A stretch of 39,727 nucleotides of DNA from a virus, in the IMG/VR virus record IMGVR_UViG_3300045988_129909, positions 1 to 39,727 of that record; one strand, given 5' to 3'. Below are positions 14,512 to 23,041 of this stretch, piece after piece. Position numbers and translations under genes: made by a program. The notes under the pieces are model-generated. The model worked only from the letters and a program-made list of their open reading frames with translations. It searched no databases and had not been told where the DNA came from. Numbering within the stretch: position 1 is the stretch's first letter; every line of letters starts with the position of its first letter.

Positions 14512-14883
14512 TCACGATATAGCCGTCAAATTATTTGTCGGAGCGCAAGCAACATCACCGCATAAACGGAACACGCCGCCTGTTGCGGTAGTTCTTACAA
14601 CGGTGCTGTATTTAGTGCGCGGACGGATAGAACAAGCCGTTGCCTGTGTGCAATTCCTTTTCTGTAAAGGATAGGCATTGCCCGTTCCCATTTGAATATA
14701 CACAGGTGCGCCGATAATGGTATCTGTCGGGATAGTCTGTGCTACAACTATACAATATTTCTGACAGTCGTTATAACTGCCCTCGGGGATTTGAATATAC
14801 AGACTATCGTTTTCAGCGTTAAATGATACTGCCGTAGATATAATTAAATTTTTGCATAATCTACAAGTATTTTTACAAGCCAT
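14512..14883 (-). CDS. Hypothetical Cys-rich protein
   Basis: 123 aa with a strong AAGGAG RBS. The N-terminus is MACKNTCRLCKN. Confidence 0.65.
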   Translation of the reverse strand: MACKNTCRLCKNLIISTAVSFNAENDSLYIQIPEGSYNDCQKYCIVVAQTIPTDTIIGAPVYIQMGTGNAYPLQKRNCTQATACSIRPRTKYSTVVRTTATGGVFRLCGDVACAPTNNLTAIS

Positions 14884-14965
14884 AATTAAAAACTCCTTTT
14901 ATAAAAATTGCCCCTTACAGCGTTTGCCATAAGGGGCTTGAAATCACGCTGTTAAAGCGGAAACA

Positions 14966-15574
14966 TTACATACAACCGCAAGTATTGCCGCCACAGAACG
15001 GGGACGGTCCTGCGTTATATGCGTAAGTTGTCGGATAGCGCACTACCCCGCACATCGCCGACTGTAACTGAAGCTGATTGATTTGATTCTGCATATCAGC
15101 CATTCTATTACCGTTAATGGCGTCAAGAATTTTCTGTGTCTGCTCGGTTGTGGTTGCGTTAATAGAGGCAGTATTAATTGCGCCGTTGTAATTTACGCTA
15201 TCTATGCCGCGCTGGGTGGTGCAGCAACATTCAGCCAACTGCTGTTGAGTTGTGTTAAAATTGCGGAGAGTTTCGTAACCAAGGTTACAAATACCATTCT
15301 GCAATCCCATATAATCAGCTGAAAGGCTGTCGCTCAATCTTCCGACTGCGTTTTCAAGGTTGTTAAAATTCATAGCATTACACAACCCTGCTTCCGTAAC
15401 GGGCGTGCCATTCATAACAGGCGGTCTATTGCCAAAACCGCCAAAGCCACCATTCATAATGCCGAGAAGAATAAGCAACCCGAATATCCAAGCGCCGTCA
15501 CCACCAAAGCCGAAACCGCCGTCATTGTTTCTTGTTGCCGCCGCTACATCGGCAAGCGAATAAGAATTTTCCAT
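14966..15574 (-). CDS. Hypothetical Gly-rich membrane protein with a CCC motif and Cys-rich C-terminus
   Basis: 202 aa with a strong AAGGAG RBS. It contains GGFGFGGDGAWIFGLLILLGIMNGGFGGFGN, LAECCCTTQR, and the C-terminus FCGGNTCGCM. Confidence 0.65.
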   Translation of the reverse strand: MENSYSLADVAAATRNNDGGFGFGGDGAWIFGLLILLGIMNGGFGGFGNRPPVMNGTPVTEAGLCNAMNFNNLENAVGRLSDSLSADYMGLQNGICNLGYETLRNFNTTQQQLAECCCTTQRGIDSVNYNGAINTASINATTTEQTQKILDAINGNRMADMQNQINQLQLQSAMCGVVRYPTTYAYNAGPSPFCGGNTCGCM

Positions 15575-15633
15575 AGTTTTTTCTCCTTATAAATTTATTT
15601 ATGCTCGGTTTTGCGCGCTAAAACCGTTTGCAC

Positions 15634-15852
15634 CTATTTCATTGCAGATTTTATCTGCTCCATAAAACTGTTTACATCAATGCCTTGCTGTTGGCACATA
15701 TTTGTAACTAATTGCTGAGGGCTTATCCCTCTACCCCTTGTCATTTGCATAATCATTTTCATTTGGGGGCTATTGACATTTTGCATAATACCTTTAATCT
15801 GCGCTATCATTTGAGGATTTAGCCCTTGATTTTGGAATAGACTGCTCGGCAT
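15634..15852 (-). CDS. Hypothetical Q/M-rich protein
   Basis: 72 aa. It overlaps the upstream gene by 59 nt and ends in TAG. Confidence 0.45.
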   Translation of the reverse strand: MPSSLFQNQGLNPQMIAQIKGIMQNVNSPQMKMIMQMTRGRGISPQQLVTNMCQQQGIDVNSFMEQIKSAMK

Positions 15853-16198
15853 ACTTCTTTACCTCGTTTCTTAATTCTTCAAATTCTGATTTTGTAACAT
15901 AATCATTTGTAGGCTTTGTGCCTGTTAAGTCAATCTCGGCAAACCGATAGGCTTTAATAGTTGGGAAACCGCCGTCATCGGCTGACTTTATATAGAAAAT
16001 ATCATCGTTTCCGTCAAACAAAGCAACTGTTTCTCTCGGCATTACTTGAAAAGCTTTTGCACCCTCTAAACCGTTTACCCTTGTAAGGCTCTTTATTTGC
16101 CCCTGTAAGCCGTTTTGTGAGTTAGGTATATAATTATATTGGTTACCGTTAAAACCGCCGTATGTGTTGTTATACGGAAAATTTTGATAGTTATACAC
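15794..16198 (-). CDS. Hypothetical protein with an N/Q/Y-rich N-terminus
   Basis: 134 aa with a GTG start overlapping the upstream stop. It contains VNGLEGAKAFQVMPRETVALFDGNDDIFYIKSAD. Confidence 0.6.
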   Translation of the reverse strand: MYNYQNFPYNNTYGGFNGNQYNYIPNSQNGLQGQIKSLTRVNGLEGAKAFQVMPRETVALFDGNDDIFYIKSADDGGFPTIKAYRFAEIDLTGTKPTNDYVTKSEFEELRNEVKKYAEQSIPKSRAKSSNDSAD

Positions 16199-16349
16199 TC
16201 TCTTTCATCTCCATTTCAAATTTAAGCATTGCACATTCGTATAATTCTAATAACTTTCCTTGCTCTTTCGCTTGCTCTATGCGGTCAATTACTTCTTTTC
16301 GGCTCATACCGTATTTTGCTTGTAACGCCGCTTTTAAAATATCATTCAT
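16191..16349 (-). CDS. Candidate 52-aa helical protein
   Basis: AAAGGAG lies 8 nt before the ATG at 16347-16349. Peptide MNDILKAALQAKYGMSRKEVIDRIEQAKEQGKLLELYECAMLKFEMEMKESV. Confidence 0.5.
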   Translation of the reverse strand: MNDILKAALQAKYGMSRKEVIDRIEQAKEQGKLLELYECAMLKFEMEMKESV

Positions 16350-16517
16350 TGGTAATCACTCCTTTGGTTATATTATAACTCAAAATAAAACAAAAAAATC
16401 GCACGTTTTTCGTACGATTTTGCTACGATTTTGCTATATAAAAGATTTACCCTCGGCGAAAGGAAAACCGAGGGTAAACAAAGGAGGTGTCCGCCGTTTG
16501 CGGAATGACCTTAATAA

Positions 16518-16718
16518 TTAAATTTCTTTCAATATTTTTTTGCTAATAGACTTTATTCTTTTTGTAATTGTGCTTACGCCAATATTTAATTCCATTGATA
16601 TTTGAACATTTGGCATACCTTTACACCGCATTTCTAAAATTTGTCTTTCTTCTTCGCTAAATGGACAGCGTTCAAGAAACCTTTGGTATTCATCATATGA
16701 AAAGTCAAACTTATTCAA
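16518..16718 (-). CDS. Small sigma-70 region-4 / LuxR-type HTH protein
   Basis: 66 aa with a TTG start. FSEEERQILEMRCKGMPNVQISMELNIGVSTITKRIKSISKKI looks like an HTH. Confidence 0.6.
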   Translation of the reverse strand: MNKFDFSYDEYQRFLERCPFSEEERQILEMRCKGMPNVQISMELNIGVSTITKRIKSISKKILKEI

Positions 16719-16758
16719 CGCCGCACCGTCCTTTTGAGGCGGGTAATTGTAATTTTAC

Positions 16759-16793
16759 GCTTTATTCTTTTGCGATTTTTAGGCTTTATTCTT
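16759..16793. repeat. Two direct copies of GCTTTATTCTT spaced 24 nt apart, upstream of the HTH gene
   Basis: Exact 11-mers at 16759-16769 and 16783-16793. Confidence 0.8.
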
Positions 16794-16799
16794 ATGCTT

Positions 16800-17081
16800 T
16801 TAACTTTTTGGCGTACCATTGTCTATATCTCCGTCATTACCAACAAAATTAGCATAACCATTTCCGCTCACGGTTTGCTCAACATCATTTACAGAAATAT
16901 CGCTTGTTAAAACTACATATACAATGCCGCTTAATACTGCAAGCAAAGCTAAAAATGTTACAAGCCAAGCAACAAACCACCGTTTAGATTGTTTGCGTGT
17001 ATCTTGCACAAGCCGCATTGCAAGGCTTTCCTCAACCTTTTGCTTGCCTTTTTCTGCGACATCTTGACAATTACAAGGCAT
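16800..17081 (-). CDS. Hypothetical membrane protein (lysis-module accessory?)
   Basis: 93 aa with a GGGAGGGTGA RBS. Central TM segment WFVAWLVTFLALLAVLSGIVYVVL. Confidence 0.6.
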   Translation of the reverse strand: MPCNCQDVAEKGKQKVEESLAMRLVQDTRKQSKRWFVAWLVTFLALLAVLSGIVYVVLTSDISVNDVEQTVSGNGYANFVGNDGDIDNGTPKS

Positions 17082-17300
17082 TTATATCACCCTCCCGATA
17101 AAATTGACTATCTCGGCGGCTAATATAGTTGTAGCAAGCCCAGTGATAAGCTTAACTATATTAAATAAGGTTTTAATGCGTTCGTTTATCTTTGCGTTAT
17201 CCAATTCATCAAGGCGAACACGCTCTGCCAAATCGTTATAATCTTTGGCAATACTGGAGCGGCGTGCTTCACACTCTTTTTGCGTAACGAAATCCGACAC
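17082..17300 (-). CDS. XhlA-like protein (coiled coil plus C-terminal TM)
   Basis: 72 aa with a GTG start after GGGGGA. The architecture and its position beside the holin resemble XhlA. Confidence 0.5.
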   Translation of the reverse strand: MSDFVTQKECEARRSSIAKDYNDLAERVRLDELDNAKINERIKTLFNIVKLITGLATTILAAEIVNFIGRVI

Positions 17301-17302
17301 TT

Positions 17303-17509
17303 TTATTCCCCCTTAACTTCGGGCAATCCAGCAAAGCTGTTAAGGATTGAAAGAAGTCCCGCAAGGATTGAAGCTGATACAACCACTTTCCAATCAACCG
17401 AGGAAATAACCGCCGATGTGCCTATGGTGGCAACAGCCGTCTGACATACGGTTTTCAAGGCTCTCACACCCGCCGCTTTAAACCACTGCTTTGTAAATAT
17501 CTTTTTCAT
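17303..17509 (-). CDS. Holin
   Basis: MKKIFTKQWFKAAGVRALKTVCQTAVATIG... has hydrophobic helices and lies directly after the endolysin. The track start at 17566 overlaps the endolysin and lacks an RBS. Confidence 0.65.
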   Translation of the reverse strand: MKKIFTKQWFKAAGVRALKTVCQTAVATIGTSAVISSVDWKVVVSASILAGLLSILNSFAGLPEVKGE

Positions 17510-17513
17510 AATA

Positions 17514-18440
17514 TTACCCCACTTCAATTTGTATGCCGTCAATCTCTTGACCGAGTATTCCAGCATATCCGTTATTTCTGTCTTTGGTATTATAACCTGT
17601 TACCCACGGCAACCAAGTATTTTTACGGCGCAAATGCGCTCTGTATCTGATTGTTTTGCCTGTATCGGTTTTCATCATAAGACCGTCAATAGGCTTGTTG
17701 TAAAGCCCTGCATAATCGGCACGATTAACCACTTCGGGCAACCATTTACCACCCTTATAATGCACGGCATAGGTTATATTGCCCTGTGAAAGATTGGCAA
17801 ACACACAACATACATCGTGACCGAACAACCCCGCATAATCTTCTGTATTCGTGACATTCGGTAACCAAACGTTTTTAACATCGTCCCATATCTGATAGAT
17901 TACATCTATCTTTGTGGGCTGTGGTGCAGGAGTAGGCTCAACAGGTTGTATAGGCTCTCCCATTTTAGACTTAATGAGATTAAGGAAATTATCCCAACCG
18001 TATTCATCGAGTATTCTATGGGGACAATGCTTGTGATTGCCGTAGTCCTGATGTTTGGTAACTCTATCAATGCCCCAACCGTAGTCCTTTAAAAGCTTTG
18101 CTGTAAGTTCTGCGGCATTGTCAAGAGCCTTTAACCAACGCTCACCACCCGACTTTGAATAGCATATTTCAATGGCTATACCCTCACGGTTTCCCTTGCC
18201 ATTGCCGTCACTTGCGTGCCAAGCATTGCGGTTAAGGTCAATACCTTGAACAGCCTCTTTATCGTCAACCGCAAAATGGAAAGAAGTCTCCATATTGTTA
18301 CGGTGCATATAGGCTATTTCATTTTCTGCGCTTGCGTCATTCGCCGTGTTGTGCATAACTATCAGTGTCGGTGTCATTGCATAAGGGCATTTAATACTGA
18401 TTTTGTCCGCAGGGCAATCAATTTTTCTAATTGTTACCAT
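17514..18440 (-). CDS. Endolysin: N-acetylmuramoyl-L-alanine amidase (Amidase_2/PGRP type) with three C-terminal wall-binding repeats
   Basis: HNTANDASAENEI...FHFAVDD...AWHASDG...HQDYGNHKHCPHRIL. The repeats are VWLPNV..DYAGLFG, KWLPEV..DYAGLYN and TWLPWV...GYAGILG. The ATG at 18438-18440 follows AAAGGGG. Confidence 0.85.
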   Translation of the reverse strand: MVTIRKIDCPADKISIKCPYAMTPTLIVMHNTANDASAENEIAYMHRNNMETSFHFAVDDKEAVQGIDLNRNAWHASDGNGKGNREGIAIEICYSKSGGERWLKALDNAAELTAKLLKDYGWGIDRVTKHQDYGNHKHCPHRILDEYGWDNFLNLIKSKMGEPIQPVEPTPAPQPTKIDVIYQIWDDVKNVWLPNVTNTEDYAGLFGHDVCCVFANLSQGNITYAVHYKGGKWLPEVVNRADYAGLYNKPIDGLMMKTDTGKTIRYRAHLRRKNTWLPWVTGYNTKDRNNGYAGILGQEIDGIQIEVG

Positions 18441-18507
18441 TTTTTTAACCCCTTTCATAATTCTATTTTAATTATATCATTTATTTTTAATAAATCAAGT
18501 TATTTTT

Positions 18508-19920
18508 TTAATTGCCGTCATATGTTCCTAAAATACCAAGGATTTTGACACCTTTTTTAATATTTTCAGGCTTTATATTGCTATCTATCGAACTATCTAC
18601 AGAAGGTTGATACACTTTTGTTATACCGTTTTTATCAGTAGAAGGTAATATTTCTTTATAAAACCCACCTGTTACTTGTTCAAATACTACTCCTGCATTA
18701 TCTGTTAATAGCGTTGTAATGGGATAGAGGTTTGTTATACCTGTTACTTCGCCTGTTGGTGTTGAAGTATATGTTTGTCCTTGATAGGGTTCATAAGGAG
18801 TGGCAGTTGCTCCTTTTTCTATTTGTAAGTTTTTGATTTTAGCCGTATAATATCCATTTACACCGTCAAGTATAAACAGAATATAATGTTTACCCGCTTG
18901 CTGTGTTAAAGTATATTTTGTAATATTTTTAAACTGAGGGTATTTATAAATATTTATAGCAACATTGTCTAATATACTTTCAACAGCCATTATTTCAGTC
19001 CAATAATCCGAACCTACACTATCAAAAGAAATAGTTATTGTTGTGTCTGGCTCTACTGGAATAACGAAACCACTACCTCCACGCTGCGAATAGTAAGTGT
19101 TAAATGAAATAACACCATCTTCAATAGTGGGCAAGAATGCAGTATTGGCTTTGCTGAGTGCAGCATATGTGGGATTATTTATATCAAATAAATTTTTCCC
19201 ACACCTTGTTACATTAACAGTTGAGAAATCTGAAATAAAGGGAGTGTAAGGAGTAGCTGTTGAACCGAGTTCTAATTGAAGTTTAATATTATCAAATGTT
19301 ACGGTATCACCAATTGCACTTGCGACACATCTAACTACTATACCAACCGAAACTAAATCAGCAGTTAAAGTGGTTGTTAAATGTTCACTGCTTGCTTTTG
19401 CGTTTGCTTGAAATAGTATTTTATTATCACTACCATAGCCAACAAGTCCTATATAATTATCTGTTGGAGTAACGTCATACCAACCACCTACAGTAACGGT
19501 AGTACCTTGTGGTATTATTTGTGATAACTTAACTTTATTAAAATACTCGAATCTTTGACCTGCTAAAGTACCTGTTAATTTGTGTGAACCGTCTGAATTA
19601 GTTGACATTGTAAGACCTATTACAGTTGTGTTAACAATTGCAGTTTCATCAAACAAATTCTTACTACCCAATTTAGCATTTAATGTTTTTGGTATATTAT
19701 CAGGATATTTCAACTGCACAACGCTTTTAGGCTCACTAAGGGCATTAGTAAAATTTTCTAATGTCCTTTCTTCACCTTTAAGATTTTCTATTTGTGCAAC
19801 TTTATCAACAAGGTCTTTATATTTTTCAGTAGCCGTTGCTGTGATACCTTTTGCGGTAATTGTTTCAGCTAATCTTTTTTGTTGATTTTTGGCGTCTTGT
19901 AAATAACCTGCTGTTGACAT
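18508..19920 (-). CDS. Tail fibre / receptor-binding protein with two similar beta-sandwich modules
   Basis: 470 aa. Duplicated module ends are LQLELGSTATPYTPF and LQIEKGATATPYEPY. Its start is coupled to the upstream stop (TAATG). Confidence 0.65.
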   Translation of the reverse strand: MSTAGYLQDAKNQQKRLAETITAKGITATATEKYKDLVDKVAQIENLKGEERTLENFTNALSEPKSVVQLKYPDNIPKTLNAKLGSKNLFDETAIVNTTVIGLTMSTNSDGSHKLTGTLAGQRFEYFNKVKLSQIIPQGTTVTVGGWYDVTPTDNYIGLVGYGSDNKILFQANAKASSEHLTTTLTADLVSVGIVVRCVASAIGDTVTFDNIKLQLELGSTATPYTPFISDFSTVNVTRCGKNLFDINNPTYAALSKANTAFLPTIEDGVISFNTYYSQRGGSGFVIPVEPDTTITISFDSVGSDYWTEIMAVESILDNVAINIYKYPQFKNITKYTLTQQAGKHYILFILDGVNGYYTAKIKNLQIEKGATATPYEPYQGQTYTSTPTGEVTGITNLYPITTLLTDNAGVVFEQVTGGFYKEILPSTDKNGITKVYQPSVDSSIDSNIKPENIKKGVKILGILGTYDGN

Positions 19921-20126
19921 TATGCAATTACCTCCTCATCTGTCGGTTCTTCGTCGCTTTGTGTTGATACATCATTGAACATTGTGGCAAGAATAGAGTT
20001 TATATTTCCTATTTCAGAAGTGATTTTATTATCAACCTCTGTTTTGGTATATGTTTGAGACTTAGTATAATAATTATTTAAGTCTGTTTTAGTGGCATAA
20101 TTAGTAAGGTCAACCATACCCGCCAA
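19920..20126 (-). CDS. C-terminal part of the interrupted tail-fibre frame (annotated ORF from an internal ATG)
   Basis: It is in the same frame as 20232..21101, with no stop across 20127-20231. Confidence 0.5.
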   Translation of the reverse strand: MAGMVDLTNYATKTDLNNYYTKSQTYTKTEVDNKITSEIGNINSILATMFNDVSTQSDEEPTDEEVIA

Positions 20127-20231
20127 AACGTCATATTTATAGATTGCACCAGTGGTATTGACTATAACTACATTTGTTCCTACTGGATAGGTCTTGCCAA
20201 CGCCCTCGACAAAATTTGAATTTGTAGTAAA

Positions 20232-21101
20232 CTAACTCTCAATATTGTAGACAAAGCCCTCGGTTTCTTTACTCGGTGTAGGCAATTCAGCTATTGTCGG
20301 TATAGAACCTTTAGCCTTATAAACTGATGATACTTGTGTAGCTATTGCGTTTTCAACAAAGCCCTTATTTACAGCATAATCTGTTTGTGATGAAGATGTC
20401 GGGTTTTTGATATTGGCGATAAATATGCCGTCATTTTGAATTATTATTTTCCCAACAGTATTACCATTAACATCTTTAAGGTCAAGTTCTCTATCGCTTG
20501 CACCGTCAATAACGTCAGCAAAATAATCTTGCTTTTCAAGTAAGGAATTTTTAACATCTTTACTGTTCGCTTTTTCTGACAACGCTTTTGTAACGATTTT
20601 ATTCTGTACTGCGTTTTCAGAAGTTATGGACAATTCATCGTCAATAGTTATTTCGGGTACATTGGCAGATATAACATTATTCCCGTCAATAGTGATATTG
20701 TCACCAGCGGTCAATTTATCTTGCTTTGTAGTTTTTAACTGCTCTATTTCATCGGGTGTATATTCGGAAGGCGCTGTACCGAATGTATCAGTGCCATAGC
20801 GTACCTTAATTTCATTACTCCACAGAGTAGGCAAAACCTTATCCTCAGCCACACCGAATACGCCTATGCGAAACACACCGCTTTCAGCCATTACCTCAAA
20901 CGGTATAGTCAACGTATTCGACAACTTATTAATAAGAATATTTATGGGCTTGCCACCGCAACGTTTAAAAACAATCGTATTTGAATAGTCAGCCCAAAAC
21001 TCGTCAAGGTTAATCTGGCAAGTCTTTCCGACAGTGCCACGGACAAATTCTTCCGAGGTGATTATTTCAACTTCTTTTTCGTGTACTTGCAACTTTAGCA
21101 T
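20232..21101 (-). CDS. Tail fibre protein, terminated by an in-frame TAG
   Basis: 289 aa of structural-like sequence. The stop TAG is at 20232-20234. Confidence 0.7.
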   Translation of the reverse strand: MLKLQVHEKEVEIITSEEFVRGTVGKTCQINLDEFWADYSNTIVFKRCGGKPINILINKLSNTLTIPFEVMAESGVFRIGVFGVAEDKVLPTLWSNEIKVRYGTDTFGTAPSEYTPDEIEQLKTTKQDKLTAGDNITIDGNNVISANVPEITIDDELSITSENAVQNKIVTKALSEKANSKDVKNSLLEKQDYFADVIDGASDRELDLKDVNGNTVGKIIIQNDGIFIANIKNPTSSSQTDYAVNKGFVENAIATQVSSVYKAKGSIPTIAELPTPSKETEGFVYNIES

Positions 21102-21117
21102 TTATTCCACCAACCTT

Positions 21118-21738
21118 TTAAGCGATACGCGTCCATATGTAGAATGTCATAGACGGCTGAATGTTGTTGTGCGGTTGATTGCCGCCGACTTTTGAGGTGT
21201 TTATATCTTTAAGATACGCATATCCCCCGGCTTCGCTGCCCCAGGCATTTGAGTTCACGCCCCCGTAACTTCGCGCATATGCGGCACCCTGCTCGTGCGT
21301 TTTGTCCTCTTCGGCTTTATGATAATGTTCGGGCATTTCCTCTATTGTTGTTTGGTGCTTCTTTTCACCGAGCGTTAAGCCTGCTGTCGCAAAATCCTCA
21401 TCGTTTTCATCTACACCCACAATAGCCTTGCCCTTTGCCGTGCGCTCCCACGTGCCACCAAATAAATCAGCAGGCGAAGTAGAGCCAAGAGTTATGTAAA
21501 CACTGCCGACAGGGTGTGCCAAAAGCAATAAATCCGTTATAGATATAGAGCCTAACGTTATACCGCTTTCTATTGTTTGGATTGACTGTGCATTTGCCTT
21601 AATGGCTATCTCGTTCGCATTTGATTGACCCTTGCAATCGTCAATGCCTTTTTCCATACGGTTAAGCTGTGCGGCTGTTATCGGTGTAGCCGTACTCGGA
21701 CTATCTTGCCAGTTTGTTTTGGTGTAACTAATTGCCAT
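21118..21738 (-). CDS. Tail fibre protein with a C-terminal phage tail-collar-like domain
   Basis: The N-terminus is MAISYTKTNWQDSPSTATPITAAQLNRME. The C-terminus GGNQPHNNIQPSMTFYIWTRIA matches the collar-domain ending. Confidence 0.6.
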   Translation of the reverse strand: MAISYTKTNWQDSPSTATPITAAQLNRMEKGIDDCKGQSNANEIAIKANAQSIQTIESGITLGSISITDLLLLAHPVGSVYITLGSTSPADLFGGTWERTAKGKAIVGVDENDEDFATAGLTLGEKKHQTTIEEMPEHYHKAEEDKTHEQGAAYARSYGGVNSNAWGSEAGGYAYLKDINTSKVGGNQPHNNIQPSMTFYIWTRIA

Positions 21739-21751
21739 TATATTTCTCTCC

Positions 21752-23029
21752 TTAATTAGATGTTATTTCACTACTGACCGTTCCTCTTAAAGCGTTTATG
21801 CCCGAAACCGAACAGTTTAAAATCGGAATAATTATTGTTCTGCCGTCTGTGGTTGTTACCTGAATATTATCCCCCGGTTCAAGAAATGGCGCATACGTAT
21901 AGGTTAAATTACCTACAACGTATTTAGATTTTAATAAATATGCGCATATATTTCTTATGATATATCTATTATATTCTTGATATGTGGAAGACCACCTTAA
22001 GTCTGAAAATGCATTGTTGCACATTGTTAAGTCAAAATCATAGGCAGGCGTTACATCTGTTTGCCCAATAGGATTAGACCATATAGTTTCTGTTTTAGAA
22101 AATCCCGTGCCGTCTGATTGCTCATACCACGTATTCAATCTATAACAAGCATATGCCGTATTTTCTAAATCGTCATAATCTATGTCTATGAAATAAGGTA
22201 ATTTATAAACAGGATTAACAGGTTGAGTTTTAAGCAATGGGAACAAAGTGCTTGACGGGAATAATGTTGTAGACGGATAGACCATATCTATAACATTATC
22301 TATTCTTATAAATTCTATTTTGTCAACAAAGCCTAATTGTGGCGTGTCTATAAAATTTTGTTCGTCTGTAAATTTAGATTTTGAAATTTTTATGTGCGCG
22401 CCCAAAACGTTTCCCAAAAAATTAAGAAAATCAGATATTAAAATCTGTGTAACATTATCACGCTTTTTAAATTTTGCAGTTCCCAATATAGAAAACTTAG
22501 CCTTTGTTTTTTCAATATCGCAATAGAATACGCCCGAAGTTACTACCATTTGTAAAAAATCGGACAATGCCACTTCTTCTCCTGTGGTATATTGATTATA
22601 GATATACGCATAATTGGCATTAAGCCTTTGCGATAATATGCTTGATATTGTAGCTGATATTGTGCGCCTATTGTCGGTAAATTTTTCTTTTTCAATAAAG
22701 CCGTTCATATATACGATATATTCCGTGCCTATTTTTTGATAAACAACGCAATATTTACCTAAATAGCGTTCGCCCTCATAAGCCCATTGTATTGTCATTT
22801 GAGGTAATACAAAAGTACCAAATTCAAAAGTATTGCTATCGATAACGCCCTCGTTGAATTGCATACTTTCACTTATTATCTGTTCGCCTGTTATCCGCTT
22901 TACAATTTTATAATAAGTTTCGCCCTCAATATCGGGGTTGTCTACTAAATCATAAATTGCAACCGTTATAGGCTTTTCCACGCTATCTTGAAAGCATAAT
23001 GCTTTATTTTCGGCAGATAAATCTACCAT
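21752..23029 (-). CDS. Tail tip / Tal-like baseplate hub protein
   Basis: 425 aa. Called on its position two genes after the tape measure. Confidence 0.5.
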   Translation of the reverse strand: MVDLSAENKALCFQDSVEKPITVAIYDLVDNPDIEGETYYKIVKRITGEQIISESMQFNEGVIDSNTFEFGTFVLPQMTIQWAYEGERYLGKYCVVYQKIGTEYIVYMNGFIEKEKFTDNRRTISATISSILSQRLNANYAYIYNQYTTGEEVALSDFLQMVVTSGVFYCDIEKTKAKFSILGTAKFKKRDNVTQILISDFLNFLGNVLGAHIKISKSKFTDEQNFIDTPQLGFVDKIEFIRIDNVIDMVYPSTTLFPSSTLFPLLKTQPVNPVYKLPYFIDIDYDDLENTAYACYRLNTWYEQSDGTGFSKTETIWSNPIGQTDVTPAYDFDLTMCNNAFSDLRWSSTYQEYNRYIIRNICAYLLKSKYVVGNLTYTYAPFLEPGDNIQVTTTDGRTIIIPILNCSVSGINALRGTVSSEITSN

Positions 23030-23041
23030 AAAAGCGCCCCC

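Noticed and set aside
18508-21738. Serine-invertase-controlled tail-fibre shufflon (Gin/Cin-like)
   Set aside because: All fibre ORFs are co-oriented, there are no inverted alternative C-terminal cassettes, and I saw no flanking inverted repeats. The recombinase lies about 18 kb away in a separate module.
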